From NCBI GenBank assembly GCA_963718895.1, contig CAVRAG010000007.1:224001-288000 (forward strand): a DNA stretch of 64,000 bases. The letters are read 5' to 3'. This DNA is from an uncultured Nitrososphaerota archaeon (GTDB lineage: Archaea; Thermoproteota; Nitrososphaeria; Nitrososphaerales; Gagatemarchaeaceae). Numbering within the stretch: the first letter of the stretch is position 1; each line of letters begins with the position of its first letter. Position numbers and translations under genes: made by a program. Positions 49,140 to 60,875 of this stretch are shown here, piece by piece. Below the pieces are notes generated by a model. It was given only the letters and a program-made list of their open reading frames with translations. It was not told the origin of the DNA and ran no database searches.

Positions 49140-51309
49140 CTAGACGAAGAGAGCGTAGAGCACTATGGCGGCGACGAAGACGATCGAGATTGTGTTGAGC
49201 ACCTTGATCAACGAGTTGATCGCCGGGCCCGCCGTGTCCTTGAACGGGTCGCCCACGGTGTCTCCCATGACAGCGGCCGCGTGAACGGGGGTCTTCTTCC
49301 CCCCGAGGTTTCCCAGCTCTATGTACTTCTTGGCGTTGTCCCAGGCGGCGCCGCCGTTCGTCATCATGAAGGCGAGGAAGACGCCGGTTATGACGCTCCC
49401 TATCAGCAGGCCTCCCAGAGCGACCGGCCCCAGGATGAATCCGACCAGCAGAGGGCTGACCACGGCCAGCAGCGCGGGCTTGGCGAGCTCCCTGAGCGCC
49501 GCAGTCGTGCTGATGTCGACGCACTTGGCGTAGTCGGGTTTCCCGGTGCCGTCCATTATGCCCGGGATCTCCCTGAACTGTCTGCCGGACCTCGTTCACC
49601 ATCTCGATCGCAGCCCGGCCGACGGCCTGGATGAGGAAGCTGGAGAAGTAGAACGGGAAGGAGGCTGCCGATGAACAGCCCGATTATCACCCTCGGGTCG
49701 GACAGGGCGAAAATCAGTGTCATCCCGCTGGTCAGTCCGTACTTTGCCATGAGGCTGGCGTTGCCCGTGATCTGGTTGTTCACCTCGCTCTGGAACGCGA
49801 AGAAGATTGCCACCGCAGCCAGCGCGGCCGAGGTGACCGCGAACGCCTTGGTCGTCGCCTTGGTAGTGTTCCCGACCGCGTCGAGTTCGTCCGTGACCTC
49901 CCTGACCCCGCTCTCCAGGCCGGCCATCTCTACGATTCCGTTGGCGTTGTCCGTGATCGGCCCGAAAGAGTCGATAGACATGATGATCCCCGTCAGCGAG
50001 AGCTCGGCCATGGTCGCCACGGCGGTGCTGTACACGCCGAAGAGCATGCTCTGGCCCGAGGCGTAGTAGCCGATGAAGTAGGAGAGCGCTATGGCCAGGA
50101 CGAGCACGAGTGCTGAAGGAGCGGTGCTCTGCAGGCCCGTCGAGAAGCCGGCCAGGAAGTTCGTGGCCGGGCCCGTCTGGCTCGCCTCGGCGATGAACTT
50201 CACGGGCCTGTACCTGTACGACGTGAAGTAGTCGGCGACCCTCTCGATGACGATGACGACTATGACACCGACGACCGCGCTCGCGAGGAGAGCGTATCCG
50301 AGCGTGCTCCCGGCGAAGACCGACTCGGAGATCACTCCGTCGATCGCTATGGCGATCACTGCCGAGATAATCAGCGCGATGTTGAGCGACCCCATCGGGT
50401 CCTTCTTGATCGACTTTCGGATGTAGAGACCGCCGAGTATGGAGCCGATTATGCCCGACGCCCCGAGGAGGAGCGGATAGACGAGCAGCTGGTTCGAGGT
50501 GATGAGCGAGGTGAGGGAACCGAACTTGGCCGGGTCCGACGCCGCCGAACTTGTAATCAAAGCCGCGAGTATCAACGCCGCGATCGAGGTGACCACGAAC
50601 GACTCGTAGACGTCGGCCCCCATCCCGGCGCAGTCCCCTACGTTGTCGCCGACGTTGTCCGCTATCACGGCCGGGTTCCTCGGGTCGTCCTCGGGTATTC
50701 CGCCTCGGCCTTGCCGACGAGGTCCGCCCCCACGTCAGCCGCTTTGGTGTAGATGCCGCCGGAGACCCTCATGAACATGGCGATGAGGGAAGCGCCGAAC
50801 CCCAGACCCGCGATGACGTGCGGGCGTGGACACGATGATCGACTGGTATGCGATGTAGAACAGCGACACGCCGAGTAGCCCGAACCCGACGACGGCCATG
50901 CCCATCACGCCCCCGCCCCTGAATGCGAGGGTGAGCGCGGGCCCCGAGCCCATTCCTCGCCGCCTGCGCGGTCCTGGAGCTCGTCCTGACCGTCGTCGGC
51001 CATCCCGATGTATCCGGCTATCGCCGAGAGAGCTGCTCCGACGAGGAAGCCGATCGACGTGACCCCTCCGGTCTTCAGTGGGATGTCGATGAAGACGTAG
51101 ATGAGTATCGAGATCGCGATCGCCACGGGCGCTATCACGGTGTACTCTCTTCGAAGGAACGCGTTGGCGCCGATCCGAACCGCCGTCGCTATCTCGGTCA
51201 TCTTCGGAGTTCCGGGGTCCTGTCTCCTGACGGAGAGGAAGAGGGCGAGCGAGTAGATGAGCGCTACCGCCGCGATGCCGGCGGTTATGACTCCATAATC
51301 GGTGGGCAA
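49140..51309 (-). CDS. hppA: Membrane H+-translocating pyrophosphatase; several indels
   Basis: [47 protein letters not shown] across four ORF fragments. Confidence 0.92.
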
Positions 51310-51388
51310 ATCGGTTTTGTCGACCTTGGCTCCCGTGGGATTTGGGAACCCGTTATAAACAGTAGGGCGCGCGCCGCGTCCAGACTCG

Positions 51389-52337
<949 letters not shown>

Positions 52338-52507
52338 GGGAACAAGCGTCCGCGCCCTCCCACGATTTTTAAAGGGTTGGGTGGAGCACACTTTCGGGGA
52401 ACCCGCCCCTCCCCGCCAGCCGAGGAGGACGCATCGGCAACGCACCTGCTCGCGGTAGTCGTCCGTGGCCGAGCCAGTGGATTAGTCCTTGTCCGTGTCA
52501 ACTCTCC

Positions 52508-53509
52508 ATGTTAAACTCTGAGTATCTCGAAGGATGCACCCAATGCCTTGGCCGGATAGTCGATGCTGGCGACGAGCTGGTCTGCTCGTCGTGTGGAATC
52601 GTGACACCCAAGGAGGTGGTCGAGACAGTCGAGGAGAGGGCGCCCCACGCCGCGGACTACACGAACCACTCGCTCGGCAGCTACATGGGCCCGCTGGAGT
52701 TCGGCTACGAAGAGATGAACTCGAGAGGCCTCTCGGCCTCCCCTTCCACGTACAAGTACCTCAAGACCCTGTCTGACTTCTCGTGCAGGAAGGGCGTCGC
52801 GGTCTACAACTGTGCCAAGCTGATGGAGCGGGTCTGCGAGAAGCTCGAGCTCCCGGGGACCGTCGTTGGGGAATCGGTTGCGATCGCGAAGAGCGTGATG
52901 GAGATGAGGGAGGGGCACGGAGAGATCACGCTGGCGGCGGTCTCTGCGTTCGCCATCATCAACGCGTGCAAGAGGCAGAGGGTGACGAGCGTCGGAGTGA
53001 GGGAGATCATGGACGCGCACAGGAACCTCGGATACCGCGTGAAGGCGTCGATCATCATCCAGATCTCCATAGACTCCCCCGTGAGGACCGGTCCGAGGAT
53101 GGCCGAGGAGTACCTCGGGAACGTCCTCGTCCACCTGCAGCAGCGACTCACGGAGGACGGAGCGGTCCCCACGGGCTACTTCAACGCGCTCTACGAGGCG
53201 GCGAGGATAGCGCTCGAGAACACCGACGGTCCCTCAAGGGGAGGGCACAACCCCCGGGCGCTCGCCGCGACCGCCGTCTACGCCGGTGAGATGGCGCTCT
53301 CAGTAGCCGAAGAGAGGAAGAGGATCATCTCCCAGAGGGAGATAGCTGCCTGCGTCGGTGTCGCCGAGTACACCGTGAGGGAGCAGTTCGTCGAGATATT
53401 CAGGCCGAGGATGGAGGAGATCCAGCGTTCACTGAGGTCGCGAGGGAGCCCTCGCCCACAACCGTCAGCTGAAATGGTCCCGATACCCCTTCAAGCCCGC
53501 TCTCCGTAG
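52508..53509 (+). CDS. Divergent transcription factor B paralogue
   Basis: Zn ribbon CTQC...LVCSSCG; two cyclin-like repeats; GHNPRALAATAVY, QREIAACVGVAEYTVR. Confidence 0.85.
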   Translation: MLNSEYLEGCTQCLGRIVDAGDELVCSSCGIVTPKEVVETVEERAPHAADYTNHSLGSYMGPLEFGYEEMNSRGLSASPSTYKYLKTLSDFSCRKGVAVYNCAKLMERVCEKLELPGTVVGESVAIAKSVMEMREGHGEITLAAVSAFAIINACKRQRVTSVGVREIMDAHRNLGYRVKASIIIQISIDSPVRTGPRMAEEYLGNVLVHLQQRLTEDGAVPTGYFNALYEAARIALENTDGPSRGGHNPRALAATAVYAGEMALSVAEERKRIISQREIAACVGVAEYTVREQFVEIFRPRMEEIQRSLRSRGSPRPQPSAEMVPIPLQARSP

Positions 53510-54206
53510 TCGAGATCCAGTAGTCGACCGAACACCCCGAAGGTGCGGGGGTCGCCGAGGCTCCCACCGAGTAGGAAGCCAGCAGAGGGTAGCTGGAATC
53601 CGCGGCCCCGACTGCGCTGTCGACCCCCGTGGAGTTGCAGGACTGGAGCGAGGCTAGGGCGCCGCCTAGGTCCGACAGTGCGCCAAGGCAGTCTGAGATG
53701 ATGGAGGCGAGGGGGATCGGGAGATGCGCCGCTTCGGTCGCCTGCACCGAGTATGACGGCAGGCCGCCGTCGTAGGATTCTTCCATCGTCGTCCGGATTT
53801 CCAGGTTGAGATCCCCGGCTTCGAAGCCGCCGAACTGGGCGACGCCTGCGGAGCCGCCGCCCGAGGTCGGAGCGGGGGCGTAGGACCACGAGGTACCGGC
53901 GGTATAGGATATCCCCTCGTCGACCCCGGAGTCACGCTGACTCCCAGCCATGGAGTCCAGATAGGGTTCAGGAGAGGTGCAGTCGAGGGGGTTCGACTGG
54001 AGATACCCCTCGGCTCCGGCGAGGGACGCGTAGGCCGAGAGGCCGAGGAGGACTTCGCTGTAGGCTCGCTCCCTCACCTGGACGGCCGAGAGGACTGCTG
54101 CACCGAGACTGCTGTTCTCAGAAGAGTATAGGGCGGAATTGGCCACGAGGAGGGAAGTGAAGATCACGAAGGAGATCAGGGTGGCGGCTACGGCGCTTCG
54201 ACCCAT
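53400..54206 (-). CDS. Membrane-anchored extracellular protein, minor-pilin-like
   Basis: MGRS plus N-terminal hydrophobic helix; Ser/Gly/Cys-rich domain; last gene of the operon. Confidence 0.65.
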   Translation of the reverse strand: MGRSAVAATLISFVIFTSLLVANSALYSSENSSLGAAVLSAVQVRERAYSEVLLGLSAYASLAGAEGYLQSNPLDCTSPEPYLDSMAGSQRDSGVDEGISYTAGTSWSYAPAPTSGGGSAGVAQFGGFEAGDLNLEIRTTMEESYDGGLPSYSVQATEAAHLPIPLASIISDCLGALSDLGGALASLQSCNSTGVDSAVGAADSSYPLLASYSVGASATPAPSGCSVDYWISTTESGLEGVSGPFQLTVVGEGSLATSVNAGSPPSSA

Positions 54207-54547
54207 GCCTCTATCTCCATCTGATTGCCCGAGACCGAGAACCCGAAGCTGGAAGAGCCGAGAAACTGCTGCGGGGCGGGACCGCACGGGACCCCGTTGA
54301 TCGTCCCACCGAGGACGACCGTCTGATTGTCCGATTCCCGGAGCGACTCGCAGAACTGAGAGTGAGTCGCGGTCGCGAGAAAGGGAAGCCCCACGCTCTG
54401 AACGTATTGGGCCACCGCTGAGCTCGCACGGGCATCCGATAGGGCGGCCACCGCGGACCCCTCGACTGGATAGGGGTTCAGCACAGCGATCAAGGACACG
54501 CAGAGGATCGCGTATCCAGCGGCCACTGCGATGTCGAGTATTCTCAT
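54188..54547 (-). CDS. Small pilin-like protein
   Basis: MRILDIAVAAGYAILCVSLI N-terminal helix; Cys pair. Confidence 0.6.
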   Translation of the reverse strand: MRILDIAVAAGYAILCVSLIAVLNPYPVEGSAVAALSDARASSAVAQYVQSVGLPFLATATHSQFCESLRESDNQTVVLGGTINGVPCGPAPQQFLGSSSFGFSVSGNQMEIEAWVEAP

Positions 54548-54549
54548 CT

Positions 54550-54663
54550 TCAGGCTCCTGCGTGGGAAGCGACTAGGGAGAGACAGACCACGGCGAGCAC
54601 AAGGATGAGGACGAAGGCGAGGGCCACGTCGATGTACAGGTCGATGAACCCTCGTCTACGCAA
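54550..54663 (-). CDS. 37-aa pilin-like peptide with class III-like signal (not in the ORF track)
   Basis: MRRRG|FIDLYIDVALAFVLILVLAVVCLSLVASHAGA; fills the gap between neighbours. Confidence 0.65.
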   Translation of the reverse strand: MRRRGFIDLYIDVALAFVLILVLAVVCLSLVASHAGA

Positions 54664-55027
54664 ACTCGAGCGAGCCTCCTTCAAGTTCGACCACGTACCC
54701 ACGATCTGACGAGAGGACGGAGCCCGGCAGCGTCCAGATCACATCCTCGCGGGCCGACGAGCCGTCGACAGTCGCCGTCACGCTCCGTCCGGAGAGAGCA
54801 ACGGATATGTCGACCCCTGGGAATGACCCGAACCTCAGCACTGTCGTCATCCCGGGCGAGAGCGCGTCTATCTGGCCAGCGATGCTCTCGGCCAGGTGCT
54901 TCGCGGCCGCAAGGTCCGCGTCACCATAGGCCGTCCTAACGGGGGGGATCAGAATCCCGAGCAGGAGGAGCATGGAGGCGAAGTAGACGGATGTGGAGAG
55001 CGCACCCGACAGGCTCGAGACAGGCAT
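54656..55027 (-). CDS. Small pilin-like protein
   Basis: N-terminal hydrophobic helix, then an AKHLAESIAGQIDAL helix and beta-rich tail. Confidence 0.65.
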   Translation of the reverse strand: MPVSSLSGALSTSVYFASMLLLLGILIPPVRTAYGDADLAAAKHLAESIAGQIDALSPGMTTVLRFGSFPGVDISVALSGRSVTATVDGSSAREDVIWTLPGSVLSSDRGYVVELEGGSLEFA

Positions 55028-55389
55028 CAGCTCTCGACCTTCAACTCCAGACCGTCAGGGCCCCGGCTGAAGGCCAGCGTGCAGAGGCAGGATACGCCGT
55101 CGAGGTTGAAGCTGCACGGGTATCCCACAGCCGTCGAGAGGTTTGAACCTCCCGAGGAGAATCTCAAGATCCCCTGCGAGCAGGATATCGAGGCCCCGGA
55201 GAGCGGCAGGATCACTGTCGCGTTCCCGTTCAGGGCGGCAAGGCTAGCTGCACCTGCGATTTCGTCCATCTGGGCCTTGGCCTGGGTCTGATCCATTATC
55301 GGAAGTGAGCCTCCGAGGATCAGGATGCTGAAGGCAGAGAGGGAGACCGTCACTGCGAAGACTAGGACATACTCTATCAGTTCGACCAT
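55027..55389 (-). CDS. Pilin-like protein (xxLIEY motif)
   Basis: MVELIEYVLVFAVTVSL... resembles a Flp/TadE-type N-terminus; four Cys. Confidence 0.7.
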   Translation of the reverse strand: MVELIEYVLVFAVTVSLSAFSILILGGSLPIMDQTQAKAQMDEIAGAASLAALNGNATVILPLSGASISCSQGILRFSSGGSNLSTAVGYPCSFNLDGVSCLCTLAFSRGPDGLELKVES

Positions 55390-55467
55390 CTTTGACCAGA
55401 CAGATACCTCCCCGCCCGTTTTAAGCGGCAACCCCGTGGTGGTTTAGTACCTGCGGCGGGTATCCGT

Positions 55468-56925
55468 GTGATGGAAGGCCCGATCACAAGGACGATCCAA
55501 AGGATCGCAGGGAAGAAGAGGGGCGCTGTCCGATCCCAGCCCCTCCTCCTGGAACTCTTCCAGGAAACGGGTGGAGACGAGGCCGAGACCTACAGCATCC
55601 CTCCGTTCGTCTTCACAATCAAGAGGGAGGACGGGAGGATGAACTACCAGGCGGTCCCCGACTTGTCACCGAGGGAGCTCGTGAGGCTGCGGGAGACGGT
55701 CGCCGAGGTTAGCGCCGGGCTCAGGCCGTCCGCTCTGAACCCCCTTACCTTCACCGGACTCGTCGAGACGCTCAGCCAGGCGGGAGCGGGGTGCCTTGCG
55801 ACGATCGGTGACACCGACAGGGTGAGGATCCTCTCCAGGCTCGCCGCATTCGAGGCGGTCGGTATCCCCACGGTCTACTGCCTCTCCCTGGACGATTCGG
55901 TCTCGGAGTTCTACGTCGACTCTCCGGGGACCCCGATCTACCTGGACCACGCCAAGTACGGGAGGTGCGAGACCCAGTTGACCCTCACGGAGAGGGAGAG
56001 GAAGGCGGTGGAGACTCATATGGACACGTTCAAGGGATACACCATCGACTTCTCGAACCCCTCCCTGAAGAACGAGTTTGACATCTTCGGTCACCGGCTC
56101 CGGGTCTCACTCGACCTCTCCCCGCTCGCCGTCAGCTCATTCTCGCTGGACGTCAGGAAGCTGACCTCGAGCGAGTTGACGCTGGTGGACCTGGTCCGCG
56201 GGAACGTCCTCTCGGCCGAATCGGCGTCCTTCCTGTTGGCCGCGCTCGACCTCGGGATGAACGTCACCATCGTCGGGGAGACGGGGACCGGCAAGACGAC
56301 TCTCCTCAACGCGCTGGACGAGGCGATGAACCCTCGGCTCAGGAGGATCTACGTCGAGGACGCGGTCGAGACCAAGGACATGCTCGCCAGGGGCTACCAC
56401 CAGATGAAGCTGAAGGTCGATCCTTTCGAGAGAGGGGCCGAGAGCTCTCGGACGAAATCCATCGAGATCACAAAGATCCTTCACCGGTCCCCCGATGTGG
56501 TGATCCTGGGGGAAATCCAGTCGGAGGAGCACAGCAAGGCGTTCTTCCACGCGCTCTCGGCGGGGATAAGGGGCCTGCAGACCTTCCACGCGTCATCCAC
56601 GACCCAGGCGGTCAGGAGGTGGAGGGAGATGCACGGGATCTCGAAGACCAACCTACTTGACCTTGACGTCCTGGTCCAGATGGCGCGGCCGGAGAGGCTG
56701 GGGTCATCCAGGCAGGTATTCGGGATAAGCCTGGTGGTCGAAGAGGAGGGTGAGGCCAGGCTCCGGGAGCTCTACTCGAGGGGCAAGGACGCGCACCTCC
56801 AGCGCATCGTCTCATGGGACAGGCTGCAGATCCGTCGGCCCACCTACACGAGGGAAGAGCTCCTCCAGAACCTGGAGCGGATCCAAGCAGCGATAGAAGA
56901 CCGCGTCGTTAGGGTGAGCAGATGA
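55468..56925 (+). CDS. Type IV pilus/Tad assembly ATPase (VirB11/TadA/FlaI family)
   Basis: GETGTGKTT, YVEDAVE Asp box, RSPDVVILGEI, TFHA His box. Confidence 0.92.
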   Translation: MMEGPITRTIQRIAGKKRGAVRSQPLLLELFQETGGDEAETYSIPPFVFTIKREDGRMNYQAVPDLSPRELVRLRETVAEVSAGLRPSALNPLTFTGLVETLSQAGAGCLATIGDTDRVRILSRLAAFEAVGIPTVYCLSLDDSVSEFYVDSPGTPIYLDHAKYGRCETQLTLTERERKAVETHMDTFKGYTIDFSNPSLKNEFDIFGHRLRVSLDLSPLAVSSFSLDVRKLTSSELTLVDLVRGNVLSAESASFLLAALDLGMNVTIVGETGTGKTTLLNALDEAMNPRLRRIYVEDAVETKDMLARGYHQMKLKVDPFERGAESSRTKSIEITKILHRSPDVVILGEIQSEEHSKAFFHALSAGIRGLQTFHASSTTQAVRRWREMHGISKTNLLDLDVLVQMARPERLGSSRQVFGISLVVEEEGEARLRELYSRGKDAHLQRIVSWDRLQIRRPTYTREELLQNLERIQAAIEDRVVRVSR

Positions 56926-57626
56926 AGACCAACTCGTGGGATGCGCTCGGACTCGACCGAAGACGCATGTCATTCTTGGTGGTCCTTGTGTCGAGCTTGG
57001 TGGGCTCGGCGGTCGTCCTGGTTACATACCATCTTCTCGGACAGCTGGCCGTCGTGCTGGGGGCGATCGTCGCTCTCGGTTCAGGATACGCCTTGGCGGC
57101 TCTACCACGAAGGTCGGTCGAGAGGTCGGCCATTCGCCAGGCGGGAGAATCGCCAGCGCTCGCAGCGGCGGCCTCCGTCTATCTGCAGAGCTCCGGATCC
57201 AAGAGCAAGACCCTCCTGATGCTCCAGTCGGAGGAGCCGAGGCTCTCCGCGCTTCTGAGTGAACTGAGGAGGGACATGTTGCTCGGGATCGACCCGGCCG
57301 AGACATATGCGAGGATGGGAGGGAGGACGGAGTCGGAGTCGGTATCCAAGATCCTTGGCTCGGTCGTCAGGGCACAGGGCGAGAGGCTGGCCGACGAGGG
57401 AGAGGAGCTCGAGGGGATAGTCAACGGGTCGCTCTCGAGGGAAGAGACCAAGTTCCCGGTCTTCCTGACGATCTCGTTCTTCCTGCCCATAATGCTGATG
57501 CTTCTGGCCGCCCTCGGCCACCACACGGACCCCGTCTCCATCGTCAGCCTGACCTTCTTGGAGGTCGTCATCCTGGACCTGGCACTGACGCTCTCTTCCA
57601 CCGAACGGGCGAGGCTCGCCGCATGA
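56922..57626 (+). CDS. TadB/TadC-like membrane platform protein
   Basis: TM pair, LRRDMLLGIDP cytoplasmic domain, C-terminal TMs; coupled to the ATPase. Confidence 0.7.
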   Translation: MKTNSWDALGLDRRRMSFLVVLVSSLVGSAVVLVTYHLLGQLAVVLGAIVALGSGYALAALPRRSVERSAIRQAGESPALAAAASVYLQSSGSKSKTLLMLQSEEPRLSALLSELRRDMLLGIDPAETYARMGGRTESESVSKILGSVVRAQGERLADEGEELEGIVNGSLSREETKFPVFLTISFFLPIMLMLLAALGHHTDPVSIVSLTFLEVVILDLALTLSSTERARLAA

Positions 57627-58238
57627 GCTCGCCGGACCTAGGGCGATTGGCGAAGCTCAGACAGGTGCTCAGGCTCGCGGCCCACGGAAAGGGAATAGCC
57701 GCCTCGATCGTCGAGGCGTTCCGAGAGAGCAAGATCGAGGAGGAACGGGAGATGGTGAGACGGATACTCCTGGGGATCCCGGTCGAGCAGTCCGTTGCAG
57801 GACTCGTGTCGAGGGACGACCGCTCGCGGGACGTCCTGCTCTACGTCGTGAACCAGGCGAAGGTGAACGCCGTCGAGGCGAGCAGGAGGGCGGACAAGCT
57901 CTCTTCACTCTTCGAGCACTGGGTCTGGATGAAGAAGCAGCGCGTAGTCGAGCAGAGGATCATGGAGACGAGGAGCATTCTTGTCTCGGGAATACTCGGA
58001 GGAGTCACCGCGATGATCTCAGCCCTCGCTCCGGTCCTGGCCACGTTCCAGCTCACGCTGGGCGACGCCACCACCTCCGACCAGCCCTGTCTACCTCGGC
58101 ATCCTCTTCGTCATCCCGGCGGCATCTTTTCTCGGGTTCTTCTTCTCTCCTGGGAGAGCCTATGTGAACGTGATCGTCTCCGTGCTCGCGTTCTCTCTGG
58201 TGAGCTACTTCTTCACACCGCTCATCGTCGGCTTCTGA
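57623..58238 (+). CDS. Second TadB/TadC-like membrane protein; indel near 58075
   Basis: RRILLGIPVE domain; hydrophobic C-terminus resumes in another frame (PVYLGILFVIPAASFLGF...). Confidence 0.65.
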
Positions 58239-58277
58239 CAGGTTGGAGGTTAAATATCTCGTCGGCATAATGGTTCA

Positions 58278-58493
58278 ATGATCGAGCGTATCTTCAAGAG
58301 GCTGAGAAAAGACAGGAGGGCTGCGCAGCTGATCGAGGAGGCTCTCCTCCTCTCGGTCGCGCTCGTGGCGCTGTCGCTGCTGGTGGGCGGGATCGACTCC
58401 ATCCTGAAACAGGCCGGAGGGTTCACGTCGGGTATCTGGAGCTCAATCTCCTCGACCCTGAACAACCTCTTCAGCTCCGCGTTCCAGTGGTGA
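58278..58493 (+). CDS. Flp-like major pilin candidate
   Basis: MIERIFKRLRKDRRA|AQLIEEALLL: basic class III leader, Glu at +5, short amphipathic body. Confidence 0.78.
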   Translation: MIERIFKRLRKDRRAAQLIEEALLLSVALVALSLLVGGIDSILKQAGGFTSGIWSSISSTLNNLFSSAFQW

Positions 58494-60256
58494 ACGGGTT
58501 GGAGACCGACGAGGACGGCGGCGGAATCTTCTCCAGGATGAGGTGGAAGGTGAGGAGCTGCCTCGCCCATCAAGATAGACTCGATCGGGGTTCTCGACGA
58601 CCGCTACCTCGCCATCTCCAGGGGCGACACCTCGAGGCTCATGTCCCTGCTCAGGGTGGGGCTGGCCGAGACGGTCGACGACTCGAAGCTCGACTACTCG
58701 ACCGCGGTCAGGATCACCCTGCAGCAGCAGCGGATGAAGGGCCTGTTCGACGGGCTCCACAGGTCGAAGATACCCTTCCTCTACCTCATCATAGTCAAGC
58801 CCGCCGAGCAGGGCGACCGAGGACAACCAGGTCTTCGAGTTCGACCTCGTGGTCGGGACTTGGATGGACGTCAAGGCGAGGAAGGCCGCGGACGTCGATG
58901 TCCACCCTCGAGCAGAACACCGGGGTGCTCGCGGCGACCCTCGCCGTCGGCGTCCCCAACTCGGCCGTCAGGAGGCTCACCAGGAACGAGCTGAAGGACT
59001 TTGGGCAGGAACCTGCTCCAGCCGAGCGAGCCGAAGCTGACACAGGTGGCGGACGCCTCGACGATCAGCAGGCTGGAGTCGTTCGAGAGGCGGAGCCCCG
59101 CAGTGCAGACGGGCCAGACTGCGCCGGAGTTCTACGTCCCCAACGCCTCGGAGTCCGGGACAGAGCGGGATCCTGCTGGGCAGGGTCAGGACCCGCTCGG
59201 GCACGTCCCACGAGTTCAGGCTGCAGCTCGACGACCTCAGGAGGCACGTGGCGATCCTCGGGATGACGGGGGCCGGCAAGTCGACGAGCGCGTCGGTGAT
59301 CGTGAGGCAGGTCGCGGGGATGGGGCTGCCGCTGATGGTACTCGACTGGCACAACGAGCACTCGGACCTTATCAGGTCGATAGGCGGCCAGGTCTTCTCG
59401 CCCGGGAAGGACCAGTTCACGATCAACCCCCTCGACATGACCACCTCGACGGAGCCCGTCGAGCACATCGCCATGATGACGGACATCTTCTCCGACATCT
59501 ATCACTTCACGCACCCCCAGGCCTACATGTTCCGGAACGCGCTCCAGAGGTGCCTCGGGGAGGCCTCCGACCGCGAGGTCCCGACCCTCTCCTCGCTCGT
59601 CAAGGTCATCGAGGGCTACCCTCTGAGGTCGGCCTACGACAACGAGACGAAGGTCGCGCTCCTGAGGAGGCTCGTGCCTCTCACCGAGGGGCAGGTGGGC
59701 AGGGCCCTGAACGGACCGTCGAGCCACACCGTCGACGAGCTGCTCGACAAGGTCCTCTGCATCGAGCTGGGACAGATCAGGGACATCCAGACCAGGAGCA
59801 TCTTCGTGGACATACTGCTGAAGATCATCTACGAGCACAGGGTCAGCAAGCGAGGCAAGCTGGAGCACCTAATCGTGGTCGAGGAGGCGCAGGAACATCG
59901 CGCCGGTGAGGAGGGAGGAGGACCCGCCGAGCGTGGGCGAGAGGATGATCTCCGAGCTCCGGAAGTTCGGGGAGGCGATGGTCTTCGTCGCCCAGTTCCC
60001 CACCCAGGTCGCTTCCGAGGTGATAAAGAACTCCGGAGTCAGGATAATCCACAGGGTCTCCTGGGCGGAGGACCTGAAGCTCATCGGGGAGGCGCTCAAC
60101 CTGAACAGGGAGCAGCTGGCCCACGTCTCGAGCCTCGGGGTCGGGGAGGCTGTGGTCAGTCTGGCGAGGCTCCAGAATCCGATACTGGTTCAGGTCGAGG
60201 CGGGGTCCGTCCTCGGGGCAGAGAGGAGAGACCTCAGCTTGCTAGAGGAATCGTAG
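58487..60256 (+). CDS. HerA/VirB4/FtsK-like ATPase; multiple indels
   Basis: HVAILGMTGAGKS, VLDWHNEH, INPL, LIVVEEA, ELRKFGEAMVFVAQFP across several frames. Confidence 0.85.
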
Positions 60257-60813
60257 CCGAGCGTCCAGTCGATCCAAGGCGCGGACTGCGGGACTCCGGC
60301 GCGGAGGTCGCGGACGATCTTCCTCGCGAGCCGAGCGGGCTCCGCCTTGGTCGAGTCGTACTCGTGGACTCTCGACCGACCGAACCTTCGGACCGCACCG
60401 TCGAGGACGACCCCTATCAGCTCGGCTTCGACGTTCTCGAGGACCTTCTCGCTGGAGTAGCCCCTGGAGGCGAGGCGCCGCTTCAGGACGGCGGGGTCGC
60501 ACCTCAGGACGGCCACGAACTCGACGTCCGCGGGACCGAGGACGTCGGCGAGGAGGTGGCCCGAGATGACCGCGCCCGAGAGCGGACGGCCCCTGAGGGC
60601 GACGCCCAGCGCCTTCACGTCGACGACGAGCTCTCCCGACTCGCTCGCGACGGAGTGCGCACCCGCGAGTGCGTTTATCTCGAGGAGCTCACCACGGATC
60701 ATGGGGGCCAGCGCACGGGAGACCGACTTCTTCCCGGTCCCCGGGGTTCCTGTGACCCCCAACGCACCCCTTCGTCCCACGCCGGGCCGGCGTCTGCGGT
60801 CGAGTTCTCGCAC
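60190..60813 (-). CDS. Archaeal adenylate kinase (AK6/Fap7 family)
   Basis: GTPGTGK, SGHL, LRCDP...RRLASRGY, KVLENVEAE. Confidence 0.9.
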   Translation of the reverse strand: MRELDRRRRPGVGRRGALGVTGTPGTGKKSVSRALAPMIRGELLEINALAGAHSVASESGELVVDVKALGVALRGRPLSGAVISGHLLADVLGPADVEFVAVLRCDPAVLKRRLASRGYSSEKVLENVEAELIGVVLDGAVRRFGRSRVHEYDSTKAEPARLARKIVRDLRAGVPQSAPWIDWTLGYDSSSKLRSLLSAPRTDPAST

Positions 60814-60875
60814 GCGCCTGCGAAGCGTCTCTATCGCATAAATATTCGCCCTCGCCTGCGTTCCGGGGAGAGAGC

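Noticed and set aside
55468-58238. Archaellum operon
   Set aside because: No archaellin, FlaH or chemotaxis genes; the pilin is short and Flp-like
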